DNA of 63,564 nucleotides, filler included, from Reclinomonas americana ATCC 50394 (Eukaryota), in the NCBI GenBank assembly GCA_048213135.1. It is 17 parts of 17 records of this genome, joined end to end, with 100 filler letters (N's around TTAATTAATTAA, not from the genome) between each part and the next. Parts side by side here need not be neighbours in the genome. Positions count along the whole stretch, not along the records: positions 23,580 to 25,809 come from AFZH01022533.1; positions 25,910 to 27,407 come from AFZH01022534.1; positions 27,508 to 29,292 come from AFZH01022535.1; positions 29,393 to 30,572 come from AFZH01022536.1; positions 30,673 to 34,030 come from AFZH01022537.1; positions 34,131 to 42,961 come from AFZH01022538.1; 11 more parts are not named here. The stretch is one strand, 5' to 3'. The translations under genes were made by a program, and so were the position numbers. Shown piece after piece: positions 24,270 through 36,512 of this stretch (position 1 is the first letter of the stretch; every line of letters starts with the position of its first letter). The notes under the pieces are model-generated. The model ran no database searches and was not told the DNA's origin. It was given only the letters and a program-made list of their open reading frames with translations.

Positions 24270-25536
24270 ATGCTGACCTCGCGACTTGAGTTCCGCACTG
24301 GCGAAGGCAGTGGAGTGTGTCACGTGCTGCTCATTGTGGTGTCGAGTACGTATACAAAAGGCACGGGCTGGCCAAAACCCGAACATGTAAATGCTGCATC
24401 GATATCGCGACGATGCGGAATCGCCTCCCCTCCTCGCTCGCTTCCTCGCAACACAAAGTGCCTTCACACACCTAATACACCACCTTATGTGCCTACTACA
24501 CACCCGTTAGGTGCAGGCAAACCCTCAGAGACACGTGAATCGGCCGAAACCGAACAGCTGCAGGCGTCCATCGATATCGCGACGTTTCGCACTCTCCACC
24601 TTCTCTTCGCTCTCTGCATCTCAATTTGTCTTCGCCCACCTAATACACCACCATACGCGCCTATCTCACACCTGTCAAGTGCATGCAAACTCTCGGAAAA
24701 AGCGTCACACTTTGAGTGTCCTCTCTTTCTTGTCCCCTCCTTTAAATTTTCTCTCTCTCCACAATGTCGACCTCGCGACTCGAGTTCCGCACAGTGTACG
24801 GCAGTCGCACTGGCGAAGGCAGTGGAGTGTGTCACGTGCTACGCATTGTGGCCTCGAGTACGCATACAAAAGGCACGGGCTGGCCAAAACCCCGAATTCG
24901 AACAGGCTGCATCGATATCTCGACGGTTCGCACTCTCCACCTTCTCGCTCGCTCTCTGCATCTCAAAGTGCCTTCACACACATAATACACCATGGTACTC
25001 GCCTATCTCACGCCCGTCAAGTGCATACAAACCCTCAGAGACGCGTGAATCGGCCAAAACCGAACATGTACAGGCGTCCATCGATATCGCGACGTTTGCA
25101 ATCTCCTCCCTCTCGCTCGCTTGCTTTCTGCATCACAGAGTGCCTTCACACACCTAATACACCACCTTACGCGCCTATCTCGCGCCCGTCAGGTGCATAC
25201 AAACCCTCAGAGACACTTGAGGCGACCAAAACCGAACATGTACAGGCGTCCATCGATATCGCTCCTTCTCGCTTGCTCTCTGCATCTCAAAGTGTCTTCG
25301 CCCACCTAATACACCACCTTACGCGCCTACTTCGCACCCGTCAAGTGCATGCAAACTCTCGGAAAAAGCGTCACACTTTGAGTGTCCTCTTCATTGTGTC
25401 CTCTCTCTCTCTCTTGTCCCCTCCTTTTCTCTCTCCACAATGTCGACCTCGCGACTGGAGTTCCGCACAGTGTACGGCAGTCGCACTGGCGAAGGCAGTG
25501 GAGTGTGTCACGTACTGCGCATTGTGGTGTCGAGTG
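24270..25536 (+). repeat. Higher-order tandem repeat: ~170-bp units plus duplicated CPSF2 5' ends
   Basis: ATCGATATC anchors near 24398, 24570, 24911, 25080 and 25252; CPSF2 start segment at 24270, 24764 and 25440. Confidence 0.9.
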
Positions 25537-25994
25537 TGAGAGCGCCTGCGCGGGAGAGTGTGTTTACAATGCTGCTCGATTGTGGATGGGATGCGGCGTT
25601 TGAGGAGAGCTCCATTGCTGCGCTGAGGGAGTTGTGTAAGGAAGGAGAGAGAGAGAGAGAGAGGAGGAGAGAGAGAGAGGAGGAGAGAGAGAGAGAGAGA
25701 GAGAGAGAGTGAGTGTAGTTGTTGTTAGTAGTGTCGTAGTCGTAGGTCGTCGTAGTTAGTTTACGTCTACGTCTACGAGAACGACACACACACACACACA
25801 CACACACACNNNNNNNNNNNNNNNNNNNNNNNNNNNNNNNNNNNNNNNNNNNNTTAATTAATTAANNNNNNNNNNNNNNNNNNNNNNNNNNNNNNNNNNN
25901 NNNNNNNNNAGAGAGAGAGAGAGAGTAGTAGAGTAGTTGTCCGTACTACGTTTGTTAGTTAGTTCGACTAGTCAGTACGTGTCGACTGTACATA

Positions 25995-26062
<68 letters not shown>

Positions 26063-29000
26063 ACGCACTCACTCACTCCCTCACTCACTCACTCACTCAC
26101 TCACTCACTCACTCATTCACTCACACTCACACTCACTCACTCCCTCACTCACTCACTCACTCACTCACTCACTCACTCACTCTCTCTCAGCCCACTCACT
26201 CACTCTCTCTCTCTCTCTTACACACTCACTCACTCACTCACGCATTCATTGAGCGACCCGTCGACGACTAGATGCAGAGAGCAAGAGAGCTGAGTGCACG
26301 TCAACTCTCCGTGAATGTGTCATCGCTGAATGCAGCGAGATGCGCAGAGGCACAGAGAGCGTGCATCAAAAGGCAATAGAGAGCGTGCAGATACTCGCCC
26401 CCTTCCCTCTTTCGTTTCCTTCTCTCTCTCTCTCCCTTCCCCTCCTTCCTGCTCAACGATCCTCATCACAGCGTGATTGCGGAAGGCGTCGACGCCGTCA
26501 TCATCTCCCACGCAGACCTGGCGCACGCCGGTGCCATCCCGTTCGCCATCAAGCACTACGGCCTCAGAGCGCAAGTGTTTGCCACGGTGCCCGTGCCCAA
26601 GTTGCTCAAGAGAACACTGTTGCGTGGCCTCTCCCTTCGTTCTCTCCCCTCCGTGTTCCGATCTCATCCTCCCCCAGATATGATCTGTACAAGAGCGTCA
26701 CCGACCGGTCGACCTTTGAGCTGTTCGATCTCGACGACATTGATGCGGCGTTCGATCAGGTCGTGTGCCTGAAGTACTACCAGCAGCATCGCTTCCCCGG
26801 TGCGTACGCGCCACAGAGACAAGAAGAGACAGTGCACTCACTGTACACCGGCGCACAGAGGCCGACATTTCCATGACACCGTACTGCGCCGGTCACTCGG
26901 TGGGCGGTGCCGTGTGGCGCATCGTGAAAGACACCAATGAGGTGGTGTATGCGGCCTCGTTCAGCCACAAGCCCGATCGGCACCTCAACAAGATGGCGCT
27001 GGAGGAGATTCAGCGACCCACCATTCTCATTGCGGATGCCGCGCTGGGCTCCACCGTGCCAGTGAGGGGCGGTGATAAGGTGAGAGAGGGAATTGGGGAA
27101 GAGGAATGTGGAGAGAACCGTCGCTTGCAGCCACTGTATCAAGTGCATCCATCTCTCATGAAAGGGATCTGAGAAGGAAAGACAGAGTTGGCAGCCTTCG
27201 TTAACAACTCGCCATCTCCGTCTTCCCCCTTCCGTCTTCCCCCTTCCCTCCGTCTTCCTCCCCTCCGTCTTCCTCCCCTCCGTCTTCCCCCTTCCGTCTT
27301 CCCCCTTCCGTCTTCCCCCTTCCGTCTTACCCTCCGTCCTCCCCTTCCGTCTTCTCCCTTCCGTCTTCCCCCTTCCCCCCCCACCTCCCCTCTCACCCCC
27401 TTCCCCTNNNNNNNNNNNNNNNNNNNNNNNNNNNNNNNNNNNNNNNNNNNNTTAATTAATTAANNNNNNNNNNNNNNNNNNNNNNNNNNNNNNNNNNNNN
27501 NNNNNNNATTTCGCGAGATTGCCGAGCGCGAGAACAGTGCGGTTCTCTTTGTGCGCGCCCCACGCCCCGGCTCACTCGGCGACACGGTGTTGCGCCAGCC
27601 GGGACAACCATTGACGTTTACTGTTGTGTACCCTCTTACTTTTCCCCTTTGTCTTCGCCGTTACATCCTCATTCCTCGCACAGCGCCACTTTCGCACTCC
27701 CGTCACTGGGGATGCACTGGCGCGATGGGAGGCAGAGGTGCGGGCGAAAAAGGAGGCGGCGAAGCGGCGGCGCGAGGAAGCCAAAATCAAGGTGGTTACG
27801 GTGCGCGACGAGGAGGACGAGGATGAGGAGGGTGAGCACGGCATGGCCGTCGACTCGCGTGTGGTCGAGACGCCGGCGCCAGCGCACGCTGCTCGTCTTT
27901 TCCTGCCACCGGGACTGCGCTACCACAGCCGCTTCCTGATGTTTCCGTGCATCGAGCCGGCCTACGATGCCGACGACTATGGTGAGCTGATTGATCAGGC
28001 GGCATGGTCGCGGCAAACAGACATCACCGCCGGTCACACGGCCACGCGCTTGGTGAGTGGTGTTGTGTCTCCTTTTGGTTCGGGAAAGGGATTGGTGATT
28101 GATTGGCTGTGTGTGTGTGTGTGCACGCACAGTCGTTGTTGCTGGACTCGGCGCCCAAGGAGGAGGAAAAGGAGGAAGAGGAGGAAGTGTATCATGTACC
28201 GACCGAACCCGTGGAGGAGCAGGTCACAGTTTCGTGATGGGAATTAGTACTCTCTCCCTCTCGGCTGCTATTCACATCTCGTGCATTCAATCGCCCAGGT
28301 ACAACCGCGGTGTCACGTGCAGTACTTTGATTTCGAGGGCCGCTCCGACGGCTTCAACACCAAGACGCTGCTGTCGGATCTGCAACCGCGACGCTTGGTG
28401 CTCACACACGGCACGCCGGAAGATGTGCAGTCGCTGCGCATGTTTTGCGAGGAGAAGGCTGTCTCCGAGTCGCTCTTCTGTCCGCTGGATGCCGCCGCAC
28501 CGGTTGCGCTCTCCATGGAGGGCCGCGTCTTTCCTGTTGCGTGCCGTTTTCCTTGGACAGCACTGTTTTCTTGTGCAATCTGACGTTGTTGTGAGCAGAT
28601 GCTGCTGGCCGAAGACATTATGGACCGCGTGCAGTTCCAAAAAGTCAACGAGTACGATGTGGCGTACTTGGAGGGTCGGGTGGAGGTCACTGCCATGGAG
28701 GAGGATGAGACGCCGGTGAAGCATCCACCATATCGGATGCGCCCGGTGTCGTCGGTTGAGTCTGGCGGCCACAATGCGGTGTATGTCGGGCAGATCAAGC
28801 TGGCGGACTTTTTGGATGCGCTGCGCTCGCAGGGCTACACGGTGAGTCGCGCCGCACACGAGAATCCCTTCATTAATTCCTTGTCGGCTTACACGATTAA
28901 TGAGCAGGCCGAAATGCGCAAGGGTGTCTTGGTGTGCGGCCAGGTGACATTAGAAAAGGTTGCGTTTTTCCCCTCGCCCACCCACATTCTCCATTACCTC

Positions 29001-29119
29001 TCCACGCCTCACCGCCTCGTTTGCAGACGGCTCCGGACCACGTGGTGGTCGAAGGCAACTTGAGCCCCGAGTACTTTGCCATCCGCGAGCTCCTGTACTC
29101 TCGGTTCTCGGTGTTTTAG
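25440..29119 (+). CDS. CPSF2: Cleavage and polyadenylation specificity factor 100 kDa subunit; multi-exon, spans two linkers
   Basis: LLDCGWD, VDAVIISHADLAHAGAIP, YDLY..FELFDLDDIDAAFD, AGHSVGGAVWRIVKD..EVVYA, DDYGE, FDFEGRSDG, PRRLVLTHG, VEGNLSPEYFAIRELLY. Confidence 0.95.
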
Positions 29120-29419
29120 TGAACGGTGGGAATCGAATGGCGACGACGACGACGACGAATTCAGAAAGAAAGCAGATGCATTAACAGCAGACCACAAAGA
29201 AGTGACCATCCTCGGGGACGGCAGCAGGGAAAAAACCAGCCAGAGTGTGAGATTACTCGTTACTCTTTTTCCCTACTGCCCTTTTTCTTTTTNNNNNNNN
29301 NNNNNNNNNNNNNNNNNNNNNNNNNNNNNNNNNNNNTTAATTAATTAANNNNNNNNNNNNNNNNNNNNNNNNNNNNNNNNNNNNNNNNNNNNTCTCTCTC
29401 TCTCTCCCTCCTCTCTCTT

Positions 29420-29460
<41 letters not shown>

Positions 29461-29473
29461 CTCCGCACTCACC

Positions 29474-30672
29474 GCCAGTCGCTGTCCGAGACCGTCGCCC
29501 GTGGTGTCGACAGATGCGGAGAGTGGCCGATTCGGACCCGATTGCAAGGCAGTGGACGACGGTGGTGGAGCCTGGTTGACCGACAACCACGACATGACGC
29601 GGTCGGTGGCCGACGGCTGTCGAGCCTGATGATTGCGAATCGACTGCGCATCCATGGTGCCGACATTGCTGTTGCTGCCGCCGTTCGAGTCGCCAACGTC
29701 GCCGCCATTGTGACGCCCCGCAGTCGAGCGCTGGTGCTGCGACGACGGCAGCGATGACGACGAGGAGGAAGACGGTGCGTGTGTGGCGGTGCCAGCTGCC
29801 GCCGCTGGCACGGCTGGTGGGAACGGTGACTCCTCGGTGTGCGAAGACGGTGAGGCCAGCACATCGACGCCGGCATTGAAGCCGGGCAACGGTGCACCCC
29901 GACCATTCACATTCGACAAGCGGTTGGCATTGCGAGCACGCGGGGTCGGTGAGCGAGTGACCTGCACGTCAATAAAAAAAAGAGGTGAGCAGCGAGTACC
30001 GAGACAAAAAAGGGTGCGTGTGCGGTGACCGCAACTTGTAGCCTCCTTTGGTTGGCGGCATCTTGAGGTGTGGTGCGCGGCTGCGGAGTGCTCGGTGCCA
30101 GTGGCGGTGGCGGTGTTTGGCTCTGCGCGCGCTGCAACAGGGTTTTGACGAGCTTGTAGCGCTGATAGACGGGTCGCAGCGGTTCCTTGTCGGCCTTGGC
30201 GGGTTCACGACCATATACCTGCGGGGAGGTAATAAAAGTGAGTGAGCCTCTTCGAGGCAAAACAAATCCACCACGCGCGCACTCACCGATGCAAACGCGC
30301 GGTCGAATCCACGCAGCTCGCGCTTCAACGAACTCTTCTCGGAGCGCATCTGAGCCACATTCATCAACTCCAACTCGTATGGTCGGTGCGCGCTGTGCCT
30401 CTCGTGCGCCAATCGCATCTGCACGTAGTTGAGTGGGTCGTTGACACACGCTTGCAGGTCGACTGGCAACTGGACGGCCGCAGCCTGCTGCTGCTGCTGC
30501 TGTTGTTGTGACTGTGCCTGCGATGGTGCGCCACCTGCAGAAGGTGCCGGCTGCGATGGCGCGCCAGACAAANNNNNNNNNNNNNNNNNNNNNNNNNNNN
30601 NNNNNNNNNNNNNNNNTTAATTAATTAANNNNNNNNNNNNNNNNNNNNNNNNNNNNNNNNNNNNNNNNNNNN

Positions 30673-30740
<68 letters not shown>

Positions 30741-31061
30741 ATGTGTCCTCATTAACTTTATGTATATATCTCTCTCTCTCTCTCAGTCACACTCACCACT
30801 GCTGAGCAGTTCCCGTTTCAACGAGTCGACCTCGGCTGCGGCACCGGGTACTCGATAGATGCCGACCACATCCAACGCTGACAGAGAGAAAGAGAGTGAG
30901 AGACAGTGAGAGTGAGAGAAGACAAGTCTGATTGACTGCTGTGTGTGCGCGCGTGTGTGTCTTTGTGTGTGTGTCTCTCTCTTTTTCTCACCATATGTCT
31001 CAATGAATCGCACTGCCGATCGCAACGCAGATAGTGTGCGTGTGGGTATGTCCACTGCCAT
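29474..31061 (-). CDS. FAM13-like protein (N-terminal RhoGAP fragment, C-terminal FAM13-type coiled motif); spans a linker
   Basis: AVRFIETY/ALDVVGIYRVPG (RhoGAP arginine finger) and EKSSLKRELRGFDRAF..YGREPAKADKEPLRPVYQRYKLVK. Confidence 0.75.
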
Positions 31062-31957
31062 CACACACTCTCTCACACGCACACACACACACACGCCTGT
31101 CTTTGTCTCTCTCTTGTCTATGCAGTCAGTCAGCCACGTGTGCAAGTGCGTGTGTGTGTGATCGCGTCAGTCGGTGCACGAGTTCGTTGAATGACACACA
31201 GGCGACCGTTGGCGACGTTCATTGAACGTCGACGATTTGGAAATGGAAATGAGAGTGGCTCTCGCTGTCTACTGATGTCACACAGATGAGGTGACCGTTG
31301 GCGACGACGAGTTGCGGCGTGGGTTATTTCTTTGGTGGCCTCGACGTTCTGTGCTGGGACATGGTTTATCTCGGCAGTCGCAATAGGGCCAGCGACTTTA
31401 CCGGTCCAAACGGCTGTATAATAGCGTGCAGATCGGTGCCTTGCGCTCTGTTTGCGCCGCTGCAACGATTTCGAGCTCAAAAACAAATCGCAGTTGGCCA
31501 ATGACTTGCTCGTCCTCGGCACCAGCAGCCACGCCGTAATTGCAGCAAGATGACACAGACTTGCTGCGTTCTGGGCCTGGTTGCCCACCGCCAGCTCCAC
31601 AACGCTGCGGCAGTGTGCGGGTGAGCGAATTTCGAACAATGCAAGTCAATATTGGCCCGATCGAGTGAGGCCTGTTGTGCAGATCTGCAACAGTAACAGG
31701 CCTTACGCTTGCAGACGTAACACGCACAACCACAGGCCTCATAACAGCACCTCGTACGGATGCCAGAGGATGCATATGCAGAATTCGTCTTGCAATTGCA
31801 CTTGCCCAGCTGAAGCACCATAAGCGCTGCTGCACTGCCGACTATATTCGAGGGGTACATATACAGCTGCGTACGTATACACTATCACCGGCGATCCTCG
31901 CTTCTGGACAATCGCACATTTAATTGCACTCGTGGAGCTCACACTCTCGACCTCATC

Positions 31958-34030
31958 ATGCAGACACTGGTGGAAGTGTGTTGTGGAGGCCACGGTCAGT
32001 CACTCTGCCTTCTCATTGCTCTCTCTCTCTCTCTCTCTCTCTCTCACGTTAATGTGCGTCACAGGTGGCAGTCTGACACTTCGCGAGTGCGCTCATCGCG
32101 TTCTGGAGCAGCTCACCCGCACGCAGGGAGTGGAGGCGCGAGTGGCATGTGCAGCTCTACTGAGAGATCACTTGGCTGATACGTCAGAGGTGAGTCAGTC
32201 ACGCACTCACTCGCTCACTCACTCACTCACTCACTCACTCACTCACTCACTCACTCACTCACTCACTCACTCACTCACTCACTCACTCACTCACTCACAC
32301 ACTCACTCACACACTCACTCACTCACTCACTCACTCGCTCACTCACTCACTCACTCACTCCCTCCCTCCCTCCCTCCCTCCCCCACTCACCCTTCCCCTT
32401 CTCCCTTCGCCCTCCCCTCCCTCCCCTTCCCCTCCACCCACAGGACCGCGTCATCACCCTCTTCATCTACTCCTCCCTGTGCATTCGCGACGGTCTGCCT
32501 CTCGCCGAACCACCCGCCTCACTCGTCATCGACGACTTCCTGTTGGACTGCACGGCGGACTCGGAGCTGGGCAACCGCTCGCGCCCACATCGCCACCTCG
32601 ACGTGGAGCGATACGTGGCACTGTGTCTGCGCGCAGGCGATGTGGCGGCCATTGACTGGCTGGCACCACTGGAGCTGTGCACGCTGTTTGAGCCACGCTG
32701 GTTGTCGTCAATGACACACCCGGTGCCGTTCATTGCGCTGCGTGGGGCCGCGTTGACCAAGCGCCGCGCGCCCATGGTGTTGCACAGTGATGAAACGCTC
32801 TCCTCTTCCACAACGACAACAACGACCACGACCACGACGACCACAGCCGCGGCTGCGGGCACGGCCTCGGCACGCAGTGCAGAGGTCATGGAGTGGATGC
32901 GTGAGGGTGGTGCGGATGGGCGTCAGCAGCTGCCGGTGGTGGTGCGACCGGCGCCGCGAGTGCTGCCGCCGTCGGCGAGCGAGGTGATTTGGCTCGGCGG
33001 CGAGCTGCTGACGCCGGAGGTGGTGTGGGATCACAGCATGTTTGCGGAGACAACGAGAGGCGCGGAGGTGGTCGAGCTGATGCAGCGGGCGTTCAAGGCG
33101 CAACTGTTTCCCACGCAGCAGCAGCAGGTATTGGGAGAACTCGAGACCGACGAGAGCCTCATTTTCAAGTGCGGTCTCACCCCACGACGGTTACCGGAGC
33201 TGGTCGAGCACAATCCGAGCATCGCCATCGAGGTGCTGCTGAAGGTGCTGGAGTCGTCGCAGAACACAGAGTTGCGTGGAGGACCAGGAACTGGGACAAG
33301 ATGGTTGTTGTTATGGGTGTTGCCATGCGCTGCCTCTCCTCATTCTCATGTCGTGTGTAGCCTTCCTTGTCCTCTGTAATGGTCACTGTTTGTGTCTCTT
33401 CTCTTGCCTCCTCCCTTGCGCTGTATGAAGTGTTCCAGTCTTTGTCTATTGCTTCATCTGTCGGGAGAGAAGGCCATGTAGGTCGCTCTCCCTTCCACTC
33501 GTACTATCATACCCTCCTTTTCTCCTTGTTAAGCAGGAGTGAGGGAGTCCTTGTACTTCCTGCTTTGACTCGCGTTGCTCTCACCTGCTCCACTCTTTTT
33601 GTTTGCTTCCCTTGCTCTTGTTGTGATGAACATGTTGTTGTGAGAAATGTGAGCCCATTTCCGCTCACCTTGTTCTCACTCCTCTTCGTTCGCTCTCTAT
33701 TTCTTCTCGTATAAGTCAAGCAAGAGTGAGGGAGTTCTTGCAGTCATTTCCTGCCTACTCCTCTCTGCGTTCTCTCTTCTTGCTCCTGCTGTGATGCACA
33801 TGTTGTGAGAAAAGGTGAACTCATTTCCGCTCACGTTTTCTCACCTGCTCCTCTTTTCGTTCACCCTCCATGTTTCCTCAAGCCACTCACCATCGCCTTT
33901 TCCTCCTTTCCCCTTGTTTCCCTTTCCCCATTCCTTCCCCTTCCCCAGGTACCTCTCCGCCCTGGTCAACATGAACCCCAGCCTGCACTCAATGGAGGTG
34001 GTCAACCGCCTCACCAACGCCGTCGGCCTT
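31958..34030 (+). CDS. CNOT11: CCR4-NOT subunit 11, 3' partial
   Basis: VVRPAP..EVIWL..VWDHSM, CGLTPRRLPELVEHNPSIAIEVLLK, EYLSALVNMNPSLHSMEVVNRLT (DUF2363 motif). Confidence 0.93.
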
Positions 34031-34130
34031 NNNNNNNNNNNNNNNNNNNNNNNNNNNNNNNNNNNNNNNNNNNNTTAATTAATTAANNNNNNNNNNNNNN
34101 NNNNNNNNNNNNNNNNNNNNNNNNNNNNNN

Positions 34131-34246
34131 GGGCTGGGTACTGCATGTATGGCACGTATGGAACAGGGACCGCCGCTGCCGCTCCAGCGTACTGCATCTG
34201 TGCTTGCTGATACTGCCACATCTGCTGCTGCTGCTGCAGCTGTTGT

Positions 34247-34281
<35 letters not shown>

Positions 34282-36137
34282 ATGATGATGCTGTTGCTGG
34301 CGAGTCTGTGGCGGCGGTGTGTGCTGTCCCTGCGAAGCGTAGTACGCATGCTGTTGTTGCTGTTGTTGCTGTTGCGGCTGCTGTTGTGGGTAATGCTGCG
34401 CGTATTGCGGATACTGGCCGTACATGTCGGGAGCACCATGCTTCGAATACGGGTAGACTGCGCCGGCGGCGGCACCGTTCGGCATGTAGCCGTATGAGCC
34501 GTCGTCGGTCCCCTCCACCTCGTAGCCGTCCTCGTACGGCTCCTCCACAACATCGCCGACAGGAACCGGTGCCGCCGCATGCGCCCGACCATTCATGCCA
34601 CCATGAGCGGCCGGCGGCAGCGGTGGCGTTGCCGTGGACGATGATGTCGGCGTCGTGGTTGTCGGCGTGTTGGTCGTCGGCGTGGAGCTCGGCGTCGCCG
34701 TGGTGACAGTCGGCGGTGCGGGCGACGCAGTTGCCGATGAAGACGACGTTGGCGGACCACCTTGCTGCTGTTGGTTTGCACGCGGCTGGCGCTTGTTGCC
34801 ACCAGAACTGTACACGAGCGACAGATGAGCGCCGGCGGGCAAGAAAAAGTCACGTTGAATTGAAACGCAACTTCTTGCCTAGTGGAGGGAACGGATCGGA
34901 TTGATCAGGCGACAAGAGACCCGGCGGCATCACAACCAGCGGGAAATCGTGCTGCGTGTCAACACTTGGCGCCGACGGCTTCCCGTTGCTGGCCGGCCGC
35001 GTGGAAGCACCACCAGCCGAGTCGGTTGTCGATGTGACCGACGAACCGTTGGCACCCGACTCTGCACCACCGCGTCCTCCACCACCACCACCGCGTCCAC
35101 CACCACCTCGGCCACCGCGATCAGCACGAGGCGCGCCACGGCCACCCGCTCCGTTACCACCACCACCATTACTACCGGCATTAGCACCACCACCGCGATC
35201 CCCACGACCACCACCACGACCACCAAATCCACCACGACCTCCGCGACCCGAACCGTGGCCATTGGCCTCCACCGCTTCACTACCTGCTGCGTGCGGCTGT
35301 GATGGTGGTGGTGCCGCCGATGCACCATGATCACGACGCACATGCGGCGGGAGAGGCGGCGGCGGCGCAGCAGTGGTCGTCGTCGTCGTCGTCGTGGTTG
35401 TCGTCGTCGATGACGCGTCAGTCGCAGTCTGTGGTCTCTTTCCACCACGCTGTCGACCGCCCTCTCCCTGCTGCTGCTGCTGCTGCTGCTGGTGCTGTGG
35501 TCGCGCACCACCATTCGCTGCCGACTCGGGTCGCGGATTCCGCGGCCGCGGTTGCTGTTGCTGTTGCTGCTGCTGCGTCACAGGTGCATGTTGCTGCTGA
35601 TGCTGCTGCGGAGGAAGCTGCGGAGGAAGCTGAGGAGGCTGCGTTGTCGTCGGCGGCGGCGTTTGTTGTTGCTGCGCTGGCAGCGACTGCGGCTGCGGAG
35701 GTGGCGCATCACTGTTACTACGACTCTGTCTTCGCTTCCGCGGAACCTTCTTTGGCTTCACACTCCCACTCGATGCATCGCTACAACGCAAGGAAGCGAT
35801 CAGCCCACCAGTGCACCAGTCGATTCCCACACAGACAGACACACAGACGAACCCATTTGCCGCCACTGGTGCAGCAACGGCGGGAGCAGCGGTCGATGTC
35901 GACCCTGCGGAGGAAGGCGCAGGAGGAGGAGGCGGAGGAGGAGCTGCCGGAGACACCGGACCTGATTGAACGGACACGATTTCTCAGTTCAGTGTACGTC
36001 ATCCATCGCATGCGCGCGCACACACACACAACATCGCGCACACTCACTGACGCACACATACATGAAGAGGAAGAGAGAGAGAGAGGGCGATTGGTGAATG
36101 AGAGAGCGAGTGATGTTAAAAGTGTCAAACTAGACAT
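34131..36137 (-). CDS. Low-complexity P/Q/RGG-rich protein, possibly RNA-binding; 3' partial
   Basis: RGGRGGFGGRGGGRG box, polyQ, Y/Q-rich prion-like segment, DFP and FPPLG motifs; start inferred as ATG TCT A|gt..ag|GT CCG. Confidence 0.55.
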
Positions 36138-36512
36138 CTCCTCACACCAAACCCCCCTCTGCTCCTCAACTCCCCTGCTCGAGTGCACAATGACGGCGGC
36201 ACAACACGCATTCACCCAGTGGGCATGTGTGCGTGTGAGAGTGCGCGCGTGTGTGCGTGTTTGACGTTGGACATCACACACACATGCCACCACATATATT
36301 ATAAAAATTCTCACCCGTCTCGTGTTCGCTATCGGACGAATCGTGAGCGACAGTGGAAGAGCCTCCAGTACGTCTGCGTCGGCGGGCAATCATCACGGCT
36401 TGAGTGCAGCAAAACAGGGAAATGGGACAATGGGACACTGAAGTCTGAAGTTTTTTGCTTCACCGACGCTCATGCGAATACAAATGAAAGAAACTATCTA
36501 CTCCACGCCACA

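Noticed and set aside
24398..25330. CRISPR-like array
   Set aside because: Whole ~170-bp units are homologous with no unique spacers; eukaryotic context and no cas genes
31130..31923. ORFs in the FAM13-like/CNOT11 intergenic region
   Set aside because: No recognisable motifs and composition unlike local exons; treated as a divergent promoter region
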